A stretch of DNA of 64,000 nucleotides, from the IMG/VR virus record IMGVR_UViG_3300045588_000033, positions 1 to 64,000 of that record; one strand, 5' to 3'. Position numbers and translations under genes: made by a program. This DNA comes from a virus. Within the stretch, counting starts at the first letter, position 1, and each line of letters begins with the position of its first letter. Shown one piece after another: positions 15,298-26,186 of this stretch. Under the pieces are notes generated by a model. The model did not search any database and was not told where the DNA came from. It worked only from the letters and a program-made list of their open reading frames with translations.

Positions 15298-17739
15298 ATG
15301 AGTTCTCCAGTTAAAATGCAAGGATATATTAGTTTCCCTAGACAGAAGCTACCTGATTCCAAAAAAGATGACAATTGGTTTAAAAAGAATATAGACTTTG
15401 CAGAGCATTTGTTAACCTCTGATGTAAACCTGCGTTCTAACTTTAAGAATAAAAAAGCTAACTATAATTTAAGAGCTAATATAATCAACGTTAAGGATTT
15501 TGAAAAATTTATTAATCCAGACAATCTGGACCTTGAATCTCTTCCTGCATCTTTCCAGCATTTGGGCATTGAGAATTCTAAAATTAATTTATTATTAGGA
15601 GAGTACTCTAAAAGAAAAAAAGAATTTAAAGCATATATTTCTTCTAATGATAAAGATGGCATCACTAGAAAGGAAGAACAATTAATGGAACAAATTCGTG
15701 GTGAAGTAATTTCATTAATTAAAACTGATTCTATATCTGAAGAAGAAGTAAAGAAAAGACTTGATGCTCTAAACAAGTATCAGACTTACGATTTTCAAGA
15801 TATTGCAGAAATCACCGCTAATCAGATTCTCAAAAAAGAATATAAAGAAGGAGACTTTGATTTTCTATTTATGAGAACTTTTGAGGATCTATTAGTAGGT
15901 GGCGAAGAAATAATGTATTGCGGAGTATTAGGAGGTAACCCTGTTATGCGACGAGTTAACCCGATGAACTTATATACAATGGGAGGTAACTCTATGTATA
16001 TTGAGGACGCGGATATCATTGTTGAATACGGATATAAATCTGTAGGGCAAATAATAGATGATTATTGGGACCAACTTTCACCTGATGATGTAGACTTCTT
16101 AGAACGAGGAAAGACTGATGCTTCCGCTGGAGGTGGTGGTATAGGACTTAATCGTGATGTATCTGTTTATGATTACTATGGAGAGCAAGGAGCACTAAGT
16201 ATTTTCCATCCTAATGAAATGGGAACTAGAACTTTTTCAGGAGCTTTTGATACTTATGGAAACGTAAGGGTCTTGAAAGTATGTTGGAGGAGTAGAAGAA
16301 AGATAGGAGAATTAAAATATTATGACCAAGACGGTCAAGAACAGAAGGATTGGGTTCCTGAAGATTACAAACCTGACAAAGATAAAGGTGAAGAAGTAAA
16401 ATGGATATGGGTTAATGAATGGATGGAAGGTACTAAAATTGCTGACCACGTTTACACAGTAATGCGTCCTGTACCTTATGCTTCTAAATCTATAGTAAAT
16501 AAATCTAAAGGAACTCCTCCGTATGTAGGAAGTGTGAATAGTACCAATGATTATAAAGTGCAGTCATTGATGGATATAATGAAGCCATTAGCTTACTCTT
16601 ATGATATTGCTTATTACAAAAGAGAATTAGCTATTGCTACATATAAAGGGTCTTTCACTGCCCTAAACTCCTCACTGGTGCCATCTGGTTGGGATCCAAA
16701 AGAGTGGATGCGCTATGTAACTATTAATAAGTTTGCATGGTTAGACCCAACTAATGAGATTCTTAAAGGACCTTCACAAGGTAAATCTGCAGGAGCATTT
16801 AACACATTAACAGCACAGCAAATACAAGTAGGCGACCCTAATGAGATTGGCATGTATACTAATCTGATGCTAGATATAGAAAATACTTTAGGTAAAGTAG
16901 CAGGTGTAACAGGTGCGAGAGAAGGCCAAATACAAAATAGAGAAGCAGTAGGAAATGTAGAAAGAGAAGTTGCTCAAACAAATCACATTACTGAAAAGTG
17001 GTTTGCAATAGATGCTAACTTCCGTAAAAGAGTTCTTACTAAATTCTTAGAGGCTTGTAAATATGCATATAAGAAAAATCCTAAAAAGGGTCAGTTCTTA
17101 TTAGACGATATGAGCCAAGTGATGGTGAATAATTTTGATGAATTTGTTGCAACTGAATATGATATCCACATGTCTAATGCTACTGCAGATACACAATTGT
17201 ATAACGACCTAAGATCGCTAGCACAAGCCGCTATCCAAAATGGACAAGCTACTATTGCAGACTTAGCTGCTATATCGCAATCAGAATCTGTACAAGAAGT
17301 TGCTAGAAGACTAGACGAATCTGCTAGAAAAATCAAAGAGCAAAATGATGCAATGCAAGAAAAGCAATTAGCTGCCCAACAGGAAAATGCTAAATTGGCT
17401 ATGCAAGAGCAACAGGAGGCCCGAGCATTTGATGCAGGTGAAGCAGAAAAAGATAGAAATCTTAAGAGAGAAGAAATTGCCTCTAAAGAAAGAATGAACG
17501 AGCTGGATCATTTAGCAACACATGCTAGAGAAATAGATAGTAGATTAGGAAATGCTGAACTAGACACAGATGCTAATGGTGTAGGAGATTACTTAGACAT
17601 CAGAAGAACTGAGATAGATGAGCAATATAAACAGAGCCAAATAACATTAGGAGAACAAAAGCTACAAGAGCAAATAAGATCGAATAAAGCCAAAGAAGTG
17701 ATTGCTAATAAAAAAAGTAAATCAAATGGCACAACATAA
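15298..17739 (+). CDS. Portal protein (crAss-like, long C-terminal helical region)
   Basis: 813 aa after terL; PRQKLP..KK...W N-terminus, GVTGAREGQI motif. Confidence 0.9.
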   Translation: MSSPVKMQGYISFPRQKLPDSKKDDNWFKKNIDFAEHLLTSDVNLRSNFKNKKANYNLRANIINVKDFEKFINPDNLDLESLPASFQHLGIENSKINLLLGEYSKRKKEFKAYISSNDKDGITRKEEQLMEQIRGEVISLIKTDSISEEEVKKRLDALNKYQTYDFQDIAEITANQILKKEYKEGDFDFLFMRTFEDLLVGGEEIMYCGVLGGNPVMRRVNPMNLYTMGGNSMYIEDADIIVEYGYKSVGQIIDDYWDQLSPDDVDFLERGKTDASAGGGGIGLNRDVSVYDYYGEQGALSIFHPNEMGTRTFSGAFDTYGNVRVLKVCWRSRRKIGELKYYDQDGQEQKDWVPEDYKPDKDKGEEVKWIWVNEWMEGTKIADHVYTVMRPVPYASKSIVNKSKGTPPYVGSVNSTNDYKVQSLMDIMKPLAYSYDIAYYKRELAIATYKGSFTALNSSLVPSGWDPKEWMRYVTINKFAWLDPTNEILKGPSQGKSAGAFNTLTAQQIQVGDPNEIGMYTNLMLDIENTLGKVAGVTGAREGQIQNREAVGNVEREVAQTNHITEKWFAIDANFRKRVLTKFLEACKYAYKKNPKKGQFLLDDMSQVMVNNFDEFVATEYDIHMSNATADTQLYNDLRSLAQAAIQNGQATIADLAAISQSESVQEVARRLDESARKIKEQNDAMQEKQLAAQQENAKLAMQEQQEARAFDAGEAEKDRNLKREEIASKERMNELDHLATHAREIDSRLGNAELDTDANGVGDYLDIRRTEIDEQYKQSQITLGEQKLQEQIRSNKAKEVIANKKSKSNGTT

Positions 17740-17816
17740 AGCTATAGGACTATAGATGAATTCATAAATAATTTATAGACTATGTATAAAAATTTTTTTA
17801 ATATTGTAACTAATTA

Positions 17817-19007
17817 ATGACAGCAAATATGGATGCAGATATCAATGACTTGTTTGAAGGACTTCAAATAATGTCGGCAGAAGAACTAAATTCAGCAGTA
17901 GAATCAAAAAATGAAGGCGGAGAACCTTCAGAAGATTCAACAGAAGAATTTACATTAACACCTGTAGTAGCGGAAAAAGGAGACGATACTACTACACGGG
18001 AAAGCAAAGCTACACAAGTAGCAGCAACAGAGACAAAAGATTCGGGTTCTAGCGAGAACAAGAATGAGATAGTTTACAAAGCATTAATGAAAGAACTTGT
18101 TACAGCAGGAGTCTTAACCGTCGAAGAGATGGAAAAGTTAGACGAGATGCCAGGAACATTTGATTCTATTAAAGATTTAGTAAGCAAAACAGTTGAAACA
18201 AATTTTAAGGCCAAAGAAGAGAATTGGAAAAAAGGCATGTCGTCTGCAAAGAAAAGATTTTTAGAAATCGAAGATGCATTTGATGATACCGACAACGCTA
18301 TTCTTATGGCACAAAGATTAGAGTTCTTTGATAGTGTTGGAGTAGAAGATATTAAAGCAGATGAAAATTTGCAGAAACAAATCTACTTTGAACAATTAAA
18401 AGCTAAAAACTTCTCAGATGCAGATGCATTAGAGGCGATAGATGATGCGTTAGCAGTAAATAAATTAGAGGAAAAGGCACTAAAGGCAATTCCTGAATTA
18501 AAGAACCAAGCGCAATCAGTTATTCAGGAGTCTAGAAGCAGTAAAGAGCTAAAGACTAAAGCAGCTCAAAAAGCACAGACAGATGCATTTGAGAATTTAT
18601 TAGGACACATTGATACAAGAGAATCTTTCATCGATGGTTTAAGTCTTAATAAAATTGCCAAGGATAAATTAAAAAGCAATATAGTAAACCCAGTTTACAC
18701 GGACCCTAAATCAGGGAAAGAGTTTAACAGTTTAATGTATAAACAACAAAGAAACCCTGTAGAGTTTGAGATGTTAATTAACTACTACGATACTATGGGA
18801 TTATTTAATTTAGATAAAGAAGGTAAGTTTAAACCAGATATTGCTAAATTAAAAGCAGTTGCTAAGACTGCCGCTATTAATGAACTAGATAAAGTTATAG
18901 CAGCTGAAGAGCAAAGAGGAGTAGGTAGAAATACCTCTATGGAAACTTCTCAAAAGACAGAAGGAATACTGAGTTTGCTTGAAAGAGCGACTAAGGGAAA
19001 TAAATAA
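17817..19007 (+). CDS. Putative scaffolding/head assembly protein
   Basis: Acidic helical 396 aa between portal and capsid genes. Confidence 0.65.
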   Translation: MTANMDADINDLFEGLQIMSAEELNSAVESKNEGGEPSEDSTEEFTLTPVVAEKGDDTTTRESKATQVAATETKDSGSSENKNEIVYKALMKELVTAGVLTVEEMEKLDEMPGTFDSIKDLVSKTVETNFKAKEENWKKGMSSAKKRFLEIEDAFDDTDNAILMAQRLEFFDSVGVEDIKADENLQKQIYFEQLKAKNFSDADALEAIDDALAVNKLEEKALKAIPELKNQAQSVIQESRSSKELKTKAAQKAQTDAFENLLGHIDTRESFIDGLSLNKIAKDKLKSNIVNPVYTDPKSGKEFNSLMYKQQRNPVEFEMLINYYDTMGLFNLDKEGKFKPDIAKLKAVAKTAAINELDKVIAAEEQRGVGRNTSMETSQKTEGILSLLERATKGNK

Positions 19008-19042
19008 ATTATTCGTTTAACAATTAATAACAAAAGAAAAAA

Positions 19043-20554
19043 ATGGCTCAATTACTCCCATTACAAAGGTATGAAGCTAAAGACTACAATGGATTGGTTA
19101 CAGATAACCACTTCCATTCTTTGTATCAACAAAAACCACAGTTGATTAGCAATGTAATTAAACAAATTTACAAAACTAATCTTCAAGGTAAATTACGTGA
19201 ATTCGTAGATCGTTTCCCTGTTAAAGAGGTGGAACAAGAAAATGGTTTCTATAACTGGATGTTGCAAGGTCAACACGACAAGAATCTTCCTCTAGTAGAT
19301 GCTGAAACAATTGACGGACGTACTATTTCTGCAGGGACTTTCCCAGCAAATGTTGGTGCTAACGGAGAGCGTTTTTACTTAATCTTTGACGAACCGTTGT
19401 TTGAAGAAACTAACGTACTTCGTGGAGAAGTAGATGATTACCACTTGTTGGTTAAGAAATCTATGGACGCAGGTTCTCGTTACAAAGTTGAAGTTGAATT
19501 AGTAACTGATAGCTCTACTAAGTCTGTTCCTTCTGAGGAATTTTCTATCGGAGGTCGTTGGTCTAAATTCTACTCTTTGTCTCCATCTACTCTATCTTAC
19601 CAAGGTGCTAAGCCGTATTTTACATCTCCTTGGAGAATGGAAAATCGTCCTTCTACATTGCGTATGGAGTATGAAGTTGCAGGTAACACTATCAACAAAG
19701 GTAAAAACGAACCATTAGAGTTTGGATTTAACTACAAAGGTCAACAAGAATCAATCTGGATTAACTACCAAGATATGGTAGCTCATCACCAGTGTGAAGA
19801 AATGTTTGCTCGTATGTTGATGTACGGTAAGAAAAACTGGACAGCAGATCACAAGTATTTAAACAAAGATGACAAGACTAAATATGCTATCGAATCAGGT
19901 GCAGGTTTCTTCGAGCAAATTGCTCCATCTAATGTTCACCACTACAACACTTATGACCTTGATTGGCATTTAGAATTGTTGTTAGATATGGGTGTTGGTA
20001 AAATTGAAAGAGGTAAGCGTGTAATTCACTTGTTAACAGGAGAATTCGGTGCTATTGAAATCTCTAAGCAAATCCAAGCTAAATCAGGAACAGGAAAATT
20101 CACAGTAATTTCTGATAAATTCTTGATGTCTAACACAGATGCAGGTAACTTAGGCGGTAGTAACACTAAAGGTTTAATGGAACCACAGTGGAACGTGTAC
20201 GAATGGTACAACGGAGTTGTTATCAAAGTTGAAATCGTTGATTTCTTCGATGATGATGTTTACTTCCCACAACGTCACCCAGATGGAAAAGGTCTTGTTG
20301 AATCACACAGAATCCTTGCTTTGGATTATGGTGACAATGCGGGTATCTACCGAGTTAAGCCAAAAGGAGTTCCAGATTACAACTGGGCGTATATCCCAGG
20401 TATGAGAGATCCTTTCTCTCCTGCAGGTAAAGGTTCACCAAAGATGGTAGCTTCTCCAGTAGACGGTTACTCAGTACACTTCCAGAAGTGGGGTGGATTG
20501 ATGATCGAAGATCCTACAAAAGTAGTAGATTTACGTCTTTCAGTAGAAAGATAA
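19043..20554 (+). CDS. Major capsid protein (crAss-like, HK97 fold)
   Basis: 503 aa, canonical position, high-expression codon bias, YIPGMRDPFSP and SPVDGYSVH C-terminal motifs, terminator downstream. Confidence 0.9.
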   Translation: MAQLLPLQRYEAKDYNGLVTDNHFHSLYQQKPQLISNVIKQIYKTNLQGKLREFVDRFPVKEVEQENGFYNWMLQGQHDKNLPLVDAETIDGRTISAGTFPANVGANGERFYLIFDEPLFEETNVLRGEVDDYHLLVKKSMDAGSRYKVEVELVTDSSTKSVPSEEFSIGGRWSKFYSLSPSTLSYQGAKPYFTSPWRMENRPSTLRMEYEVAGNTINKGKNEPLEFGFNYKGQQESIWINYQDMVAHHQCEEMFARMLMYGKKNWTADHKYLNKDDKTKYAIESGAGFFEQIAPSNVHHYNTYDLDWHLELLLDMGVGKIERGKRVIHLLTGEFGAIEISKQIQAKSGTGKFTVISDKFLMSNTDAGNLGGSNTKGLMEPQWNVYEWYNGVVIKVEIVDFFDDDVYFPQRHPDGKGLVESHRILALDYGDNAGIYRVKPKGVPDYNWAYIPGMRDPFSPAGKGSPKMVASPVDGYSVHFQKWGGLMIEDPTKVVDLRLSVER

Positions 20555-20570
20555 AAACTATAGGAAATGA

Positions 20571-20606
20571 TCCCCTCGGAGTTGAACGCCTCGAGGGGAC
20601 ATTTTT
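20571..20606 (+). terminator. Intrinsic terminator after the capsid gene
   Basis: TCCCCTCG/CGAGGGGA stem followed by CATTTTT. Confidence 0.7.
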
Positions 20607-20635
20607 AATAAAGAGAATTAATTAAGACAGCAAAA

Positions 20636-21574
20636 ATGGAAACAGCAAAAATTGAAAAACAAATTTATGGATCTTTTCTACAAAATAGAATCGTAGCTAT
20701 AAAGCCAGTAGAATCATCGGGGAAATGGGGTACCTTATTAGTACAAGGACAGGATAACAAAAAAGATCCTTTCATGTACAATAAAACAAAACGAAGCTTT
20801 CAAGTTCCGCTTAATAATGCAAACTTGGGAGGCGGAGTAAAAGTAATTTTGGACGACCAAAAGAGAGTTAAAGTTCAAAAATACATGGAGTCTTTTCCTA
20901 ACGGAATGACTCAAAAAGAGTTCTTTGAAAAAGAATTAGGTGTGGATTTAAACCCAACACTTAAGCAAGAGGATAACTTCTGGAGAACAGACAGAAGAGG
21001 ACGTGTAGTACTTACAAAAGAAGGTACAACATTAAATCTTAATCAGTCTTTAGATATGTTAAAGTATCTTATATTGTTAGCTGATAAAATGCGTATATCA
21101 CCATCTTACGATGATAGAACATTAAAAGCTACTTATGAGTTTATGATTGTAGACGAAAGCAAAGTAACTACTAAGAAATTAGAAGAAGCTAGTGTTAAAG
21201 CAAATGCTTTTGTTAAGTACGCAGAAATTACAAATAGTAAAACAGCTACAATAGGATTTATTAAATCTCTTGGTAGAACTATACCTGCTACAGCAAATGA
21301 CGAATGGTTAAAGAACGAAGTATTAAATATTGTAGACAGTAATCCTACATATTTCTTAGAAATTGTTAACCATCCACAATATGCTGAAAGAATCTTTGTA
21401 CAAGAAGCTGTAGAAGCTGGTGCAGTTATTCGTAAGGGTGAAAAAAGATACACACTTGATAATGGTGCTGAGTTAGGAGATATGACTGATGTTATTAACT
21501 ACTTACTTAACCCTGACAATCAAGAAGTAAAATTGAGAGTAAAAGCAAAAATTGATTTAGCAAAAAGAAATTAA
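20636..21574 (+). CDS. Conserved crAss-like protein downstream of the capsid gene
   Basis: 312-aa ORF in syntenic position. Confidence 0.7.
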   Translation: METAKIEKQIYGSFLQNRIVAIKPVESSGKWGTLLVQGQDNKKDPFMYNKTKRSFQVPLNNANLGGGVKVILDDQKRVKVQKYMESFPNGMTQKEFFEKELGVDLNPTLKQEDNFWRTDRRGRVVLTKEGTTLNLNQSLDMLKYLILLADKMRISPSYDDRTLKATYEFMIVDESKVTTKKLEEASVKANAFVKYAEITNSKTATIGFIKSLGRTIPATANDEWLKNEVLNIVDSNPTYFLEIVNHPQYAERIFVQEAVEAGAVIRKGEKRYTLDNGAELGDMTDVINYLLNPDNQEVKLRVKAKIDLAKRN

Positions 21575-21577
21575 GAT

Positions 21578-22342
21578 ATGACTGCAAACCAAATGGCCGA
21601 TGAATTAGAATTGAAACTAGACAGAAGTGATAGTTTTGGTTCCCCTGGTTATGAAGATTTTGAATTATCTTCTGTACTAACAGAGGCTGAGCAGTTATAT
21701 GTTAAAAAATACTTTGACGAATTAAATAATAGAAAGGGTAAAGGCTTTCAAGAAACAGAAATTAGGGATCAAGGATTGGGAGCACTTATCAAAGATGCTC
21801 CTGCCCTAACCCCTTCTGCATCACAAGCAGGAATAATTGTGAACACAGATGTAACAGGAAAGTTCTTTGATTTACCGTTAGACCACATGTACACTATATA
21901 CGAAGAATGTACTATAGATAAGATGACATGCGGAACAACAAATAATATTGTAGGATATGTTGTCCAGATTGCTCACAACGAGATGCAGAGATTCAGTTGG
22001 AGCAAATATAAAAAACCTTTCTACAAATCCTCGGGAGATGCTAGAATATGGAGATCGGAATTCTCTAGACAGGTAACAGGTATATCACCTACTGCTCCTG
22101 CAACTGCTAAACGACATGAGTTGTTTACAGATGGTACTTTTAACATAAACATATACCACATGCGATATGTTAAAAATCCACAAGCAATTGTAGTAGATAG
22201 AGATACTCCTGCTAACCAACAAAATTGCGAGTTAGATACATCTACCCATACAGTTATAATAGATATAGCAATGGACTTAATGTATCAAAGAGTAAAAGAA
22301 CAAAAAATGCAAATAGTAGAACCTTTTAAGGAACTAGAATAA
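21578..22342 (+). CDS. Head-tail connector/ring protein
   Basis: 254 aa; YxMRYVKNP..I and CELD..TH..IID.A C-terminal pattern; synteny. Confidence 0.7.
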   Translation: MTANQMADELELKLDRSDSFGSPGYEDFELSSVLTEAEQLYVKKYFDELNNRKGKGFQETEIRDQGLGALIKDAPALTPSASQAGIIVNTDVTGKFFDLPLDHMYTIYEECTIDKMTCGTTNNIVGYVVQIAHNEMQRFSWSKYKKPFYKSSGDARIWRSEFSRQVTGISPTAPATAKRHELFTDGTFNINIYHMRYVKNPQAIVVDRDTPANQQNCELDTSTHTVIIDIAMDLMYQRVKEQKMQIVEPFKELE

Positions 22343-22376
22343 ATAAACAATAATATTAATTTAAAAACAAAACAAA

Positions 22377-23711
22377 ATGTTAAGAAAAGCAAACAATGTA
22401 TTTAGTGTATTGCTAAATGACGCTTCTAAATTGACGGCTAACTTGCCAGTAACAACTGCAGGTACAGTAGTATCTGACTCTAACCTTGAAGTAGGTGCGA
22501 TTGTTGTTACAGATTTAGGTTTACAAAGATTAAGTGCTGCAGAGTATACAGCATTAAATAACGGAGATCGTTTCCTAATCGTACAAGGAAAAGGTGTTGG
22601 AGTTCCTTTGATGAAGTCTCCAATCCTAACTAAAGGTAGTATTAAATTGTCTGCAGCTCGTTTTAAAGCAGCTGTTCAACAAGTTACTTCTTTCGGTTTT
22701 AATGGTACAACTGGAGCTTTGCCTACATCTAATAATACAGATTTCTGGATTAAGATTCGTAAGCAAGATAATGATGCTGCTAACCGTTCTCAACCAATGT
22801 CTCTTTTTGCTGGACCAGTTCGTACAGACGGTACAGGTACTCAAGCAGAATTGGCTATGTTGTTGGTAGAGTCAGGTTACAAAAACTTTACTGCTCAAGA
22901 GCCTGCAAATGGTTACTTGAAAATGGAAGCTATTTGTGCTGATGCAGGTGCTGCAATTACAGGAACGGCAACATCTTTAGGAGTTGTTTATAAGTCTAAA
23001 GGAGTTTCTATCATAGGTGGAACTGTAACTAACGTTGTCGTAGGCGATTTTATCCGTTTGGGTGGAACTACAACTACAACTCCAGTTTACCGTGTTACAG
23101 CTATTACTGCAACAATGATTACACTTGATGCTCCTTATGTTAGTGCAAGTGCTACTATCGCAATTGGTAGTGTAGAAGTTATTGCTGCTGCAACTGCTGC
23201 AACATCTGCATTCGGTGTTCGTGTTACAGGTGTACCTGCTAACTTTAATGTTAACACATTCCGTGATTATTACTCAAATCGTTTTACTGCAACTTTCTCT
23301 GATTCTTCTACATTGAAGACTCACACAATGGGAGCATTTAACGGTAACGGTGTATGGCAACAAGTTGCTATGGACGAGTACATGAACTACGGTTTTGAAG
23401 GACAAAACAACCAATTGGCTGTACCTTCTACACCTCGTGACCAAGCAGTTAAAATCCCAGGAGTTAATGGATCAACTACACTTACTTCTAAGTATTGTGC
23501 ATTGAACATTTCTTGGGAAGAATCAATTTCTGGTCTTGTTACTATGGCAGGTGGAAAAGGAAATGTAGTAATCTACATTAACCTTACTAACGATGCAGGT
23601 TTAGGAAAAATTTCTACACCAACAACAACAACAGGAAATGAACTTATCACTGTATTCGGTGGACCTACTGCTTTCGGAGTAGCTGCTCTTACAGATTTAG
23701 ATGAGATTTAA
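22377..23711 (+). CDS. Abundant virion protein (candidate auxiliary capsid protein)
   Basis: 444 aa, T/A/G-rich, high-expression codon bias, terminator downstream. Confidence 0.65.
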   Translation: MLRKANNVFSVLLNDASKLTANLPVTTAGTVVSDSNLEVGAIVVTDLGLQRLSAAEYTALNNGDRFLIVQGKGVGVPLMKSPILTKGSIKLSAARFKAAVQQVTSFGFNGTTGALPTSNNTDFWIKIRKQDNDAANRSQPMSLFAGPVRTDGTGTQAELAMLLVESGYKNFTAQEPANGYLKMEAICADAGAAITGTATSLGVVYKSKGVSIIGGTVTNVVVGDFIRLGGTTTTTPVYRVTAITATMITLDAPYVSASATIAIGSVEVIAAATAATSAFGVRVTGVPANFNVNTFRDYYSNRFTATFSDSSTLKTHTMGAFNGNGVWQQVAMDEYMNYGFEGQNNQLAVPSTPRDQAVKIPGVNGSTTLTSKYCALNISWEESISGLVTMAGGKGNVVIYINLTNDAGLGKISTPTTTTGNELITVFGGPTAFGVAALTDLDEI

Positions 23712-23730
23712 TTTGTAATTCTCCAACCCC

Positions 23731-23780
23731 AGTAGCCTGCCACGGAATTTTGCTGTCGAGTGGTGGGCTACTATATTTTT
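23731..23780 (+). terminator. Intrinsic terminator
   Basis: AGTAGCCTGCCAC/GTGGTGGGCTACT stem (with G-U pairs) followed by ATATTTTT. Confidence 0.65.
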
Positions 23781-23803
23781 AACTATTACAAATACTCCGC
23801 AAA

Positions 23804-24937
23804 ATGGATATCGAAAAAAAATATATTAAAAATGCTTTTAATGAAACTTCTGACCTTATCGATGTTTTTAAAAGTATAGAAGATGATACAGTTGTTTATA
23901 AAAATAAGTATGGTATCCTTATTCCACTAGGAAGTACTGGTACGCCAGATTTTGCTAATGTTTACGATAATTTAGTTGCTAATAGTACTAACTCTAATAC
24001 TACCGCAGTTTTAAAGTACGGAGTAAATGTATTTACTACAGTTACTGTTACTGACTATGCCGCTAAATTACCTCAACCTAAAACTGGACGAACAACAATC
24101 ATAGTAAATAATTCTGATGGTATTATTACTTTATATCCTTCTAACATAGGGGGAAGAATCAATAATTATGCTATTAATGTTCCTGCAACAGTTCCACCAG
24201 ACGGCAAACCTTATACATTTTACTGTATAGAGAATCCTTTACCTGGAGCTTGGACATGGAGCGCGCCTGCAACTACTCAATATGTATCGGATGTTATCAC
24301 TATTCCTACTTTAGTATCTGGAGGAACTCTTGCAACTAATCCTGTCTATTCTATTTATAATAGCACAAACTATGTAAATAGAGGCCCAATGTTTGGAGCT
24401 TTTGCTGAATCTTCAGGTGGAAAAAATAAACCTTTAGTATTTAGTAATGCTTCTGGAGTATATTTTAAATTTGATCCATACGCTACAGGTATAGCAAAAA
24501 TAAAAGTGTATACTAACTTACTAAATAAATCAACATTTACTTTAGCAGGTTCTTTAGGAAGTGGCTATTACGATACTACTACAGGTGAACATCAAAATAA
24601 TGTATATATTACATCAGGAAATTTAACTGGATACCAAGATACTAATAGTATTATGCCAGGTACTCCTGTAGGTACTTATGTGTCTGCTAATATAGGAGAC
24701 CCAGGAACTCGTTATGGGGAATTAGTATTACCTGCGGGCATTAGTTCTCAGGGAGGTATAGTATCAAATATTATAGGGGATAAGTTTTTATCTCAGTCTA
24801 TTAACCCTAGCACAGGAGTATTAGCGGATGTATGGGCAACAGGTTATTTAAATTTAGAAATAGAGCCATTATCTAGTGTTGGAAATTATGGAACACTTTC
24901 TAATGTCAAGTTTCAGTTTGCTATTGAATACTACTAA
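23804..24937 (+). CDS. Putative head/tail fibre or decoration protein
   Basis: 377 aa, beta-rich; N-terminal 42 aa paralogous to 24974. Confidence 0.6.
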   Translation: MDIEKKYIKNAFNETSDLIDVFKSIEDDTVVYKNKYGILIPLGSTGTPDFANVYDNLVANSTNSNTTAVLKYGVNVFTTVTVTDYAAKLPQPKTGRTTIIVNNSDGIITLYPSNIGGRINNYAINVPATVPPDGKPYTFYCIENPLPGAWTWSAPATTQYVSDVITIPTLVSGGTLATNPVYSIYNSTNYVNRGPMFGAFAESSGGKNKPLVFSNASGVYFKFDPYATGIAKIKVYTNLLNKSTFTLAGSLGSGYYDTTTGEHQNNVYITSGNLTGYQDTNSIMPGTPVGTYVSANIGDPGTRYGELVLPAGISSQGGIVSNIIGDKFLSQSINPSTGVLADVWATGYLNLEIEPLSSVGNYGTLSNVKFQFAIEYY

Positions 24938-24973
24938 ATAATTATAATTAAATTATTACAAATATTTCCCAAA

Positions 24974-25288
24974 ATGAACGTTGAAAAAAAATATATCAAA
25001 GATGCACAAAATGAAGATGGTTTAGAAATAGATATTTTCAAAAGCATTGAAAATGGTGTAGTAGGATATAGAAATAAATATGGAATTGTTATTCCACTAA
25101 GTAATGTAGATAATACTGATACAACTATAACAAACTCAATTTGGGCTAATGGCTTTAAAATTGTAGGATGTATCTCAGAAGATTTAACATTACCTAGTAA
25201 CTCTAATTTGCAGTATACATCTCCATTAGCTATGTGTGCAGGATACACATTAACAGTTCCATCAGGAACAACTTTAACAATCGTATAA
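24974..25288 (+). CDS. Short fibre-associated protein
   Basis: 104 aa; shared N-terminus; ends GYTLTVPSGTTLTIV. Confidence 0.6.
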   Translation: MNVEKKYIKDAQNEDGLEIDIFKSIENGVVGYRNKYGIVIPLSNVDNTDTTITNSIWANGFKIVGCISEDLTLPSNSNLQYTSPLAMCAGYTLTVPSGTTLTIV

Positions 25289-25298
25289 TATATAAATT

Positions 25299-26099
25299 AT
25301 GAGTCAAATTAACGTAGATACAGTATTGCCGTTTAGTGGCGACTTAGTAAAAGTAAATGGAGTTGTTACTCAAAAAACATCAGGAGATACAATCCAATTA
25401 ACTGATTTTGCAGTATCAACAACTGCTACAATTTCTACATTTTTAGGAGTTAGATCTGGGCAAGGAAATGCAGGAAGCTCGAATACATTTATTGGTTACT
25501 ATGCAGGTAGAAATGCAACAAATGGACTCGGTGTTTTTGTAGGTAATCAAGCAGGTCAATCTTGTACAGGATTAGCAAATACTTTTGTTGGAAATAATGC
25601 AGGAGCAACTGTAACAGGAGATTTAAATGTATACGTTGGAAATGGAGCAGGAAATATTGCAGGTTCAGGATCTAATAATATTGCCATTGGTAATCAATCA
25701 ATGCCTGCAACAATAACAACTTCTAATTCAATTACATTAGGTAACTCATCTCATAATATTCTTCGTTGTGCTCAAACTTCAATCACATCATTATCTGATG
25801 CAAGAGATAAAAAAGATGTAAAAGAATTATCAATTGGCCTTGACTTTGTTAAAGGATTAAAACCAGTTGAATTTGTATGGGATGAGAGATCGGAAGAAGG
25901 AAGACATGATATTAAAGATTTTGGTTTTATTGCACAAGATCTTAAAAAATCACAAGAAGATGCTGACTTAGTTGAAACTTTAAAATTGGTTTATGAAGAA
26001 AACCCTGAAAAATTAGAGGCTTCTTACGGTAAATTAATTCCTATTTTAGTTAAAGCTATTCAGGAGTTATCTGCAGAAATTGAATTACTAAAAAAATAA
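25299..26099 (+). CDS. Fibre protein with C-terminal intramolecular chaperone (peptidase S74)
   Basis: GxxNTFxG repeats; SDARDKKDV...GFIAQDL...LVKAIQELSAEI. Confidence 0.85.
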   Translation: MSQINVDTVLPFSGDLVKVNGVVTQKTSGDTIQLTDFAVSTTATISTFLGVRSGQGNAGSSNTFIGYYAGRNATNGLGVFVGNQAGQSCTGLANTFVGNNAGATVTGDLNVYVGNGAGNIAGSGSNNIAIGNQSMPATITTSNSITLGNSSHNILRCAQTSITSLSDARDKKDVKELSIGLDFVKGLKPVEFVWDERSEEGRHDIKDFGFIAQDLKKSQEDADLVETLKLVYEENPEKLEASYGKLIPILVKAIQELSAEIELLKK

Positions 26100-26106
26100 T
26101 TAATTT

Positions 26107-26144
26107 ATAATTAGGTTGTATTACTTCTAGTACAACCTAATTAT
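26107..26144. terminator. 14-bp perfect hairpin, probable terminator
   Basis: ATAATTAGGTTGTA/TACAACCTAATTAT. Confidence 0.55.
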
Positions 26145-26164
26145 TTAAATACATAAATTTTTAT

Positions 26165-26172
26165 TATCTTTG
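26165..26172 (+). promoter_or_regulatory. Bacteroidota -7 promoter element
   Basis: TATCTTTG upstream of ATG 26187. Confidence 0.6.
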
Positions 26173-26186
26173 ATAAACTTTAAAAC

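Noticed and set aside
13094-20554. Introns or inteins in terminase, portal or capsid genes
   Set aside because: ORFs are continuous, of ordinary length, with no intein or homing-endonuclease motifs noticed
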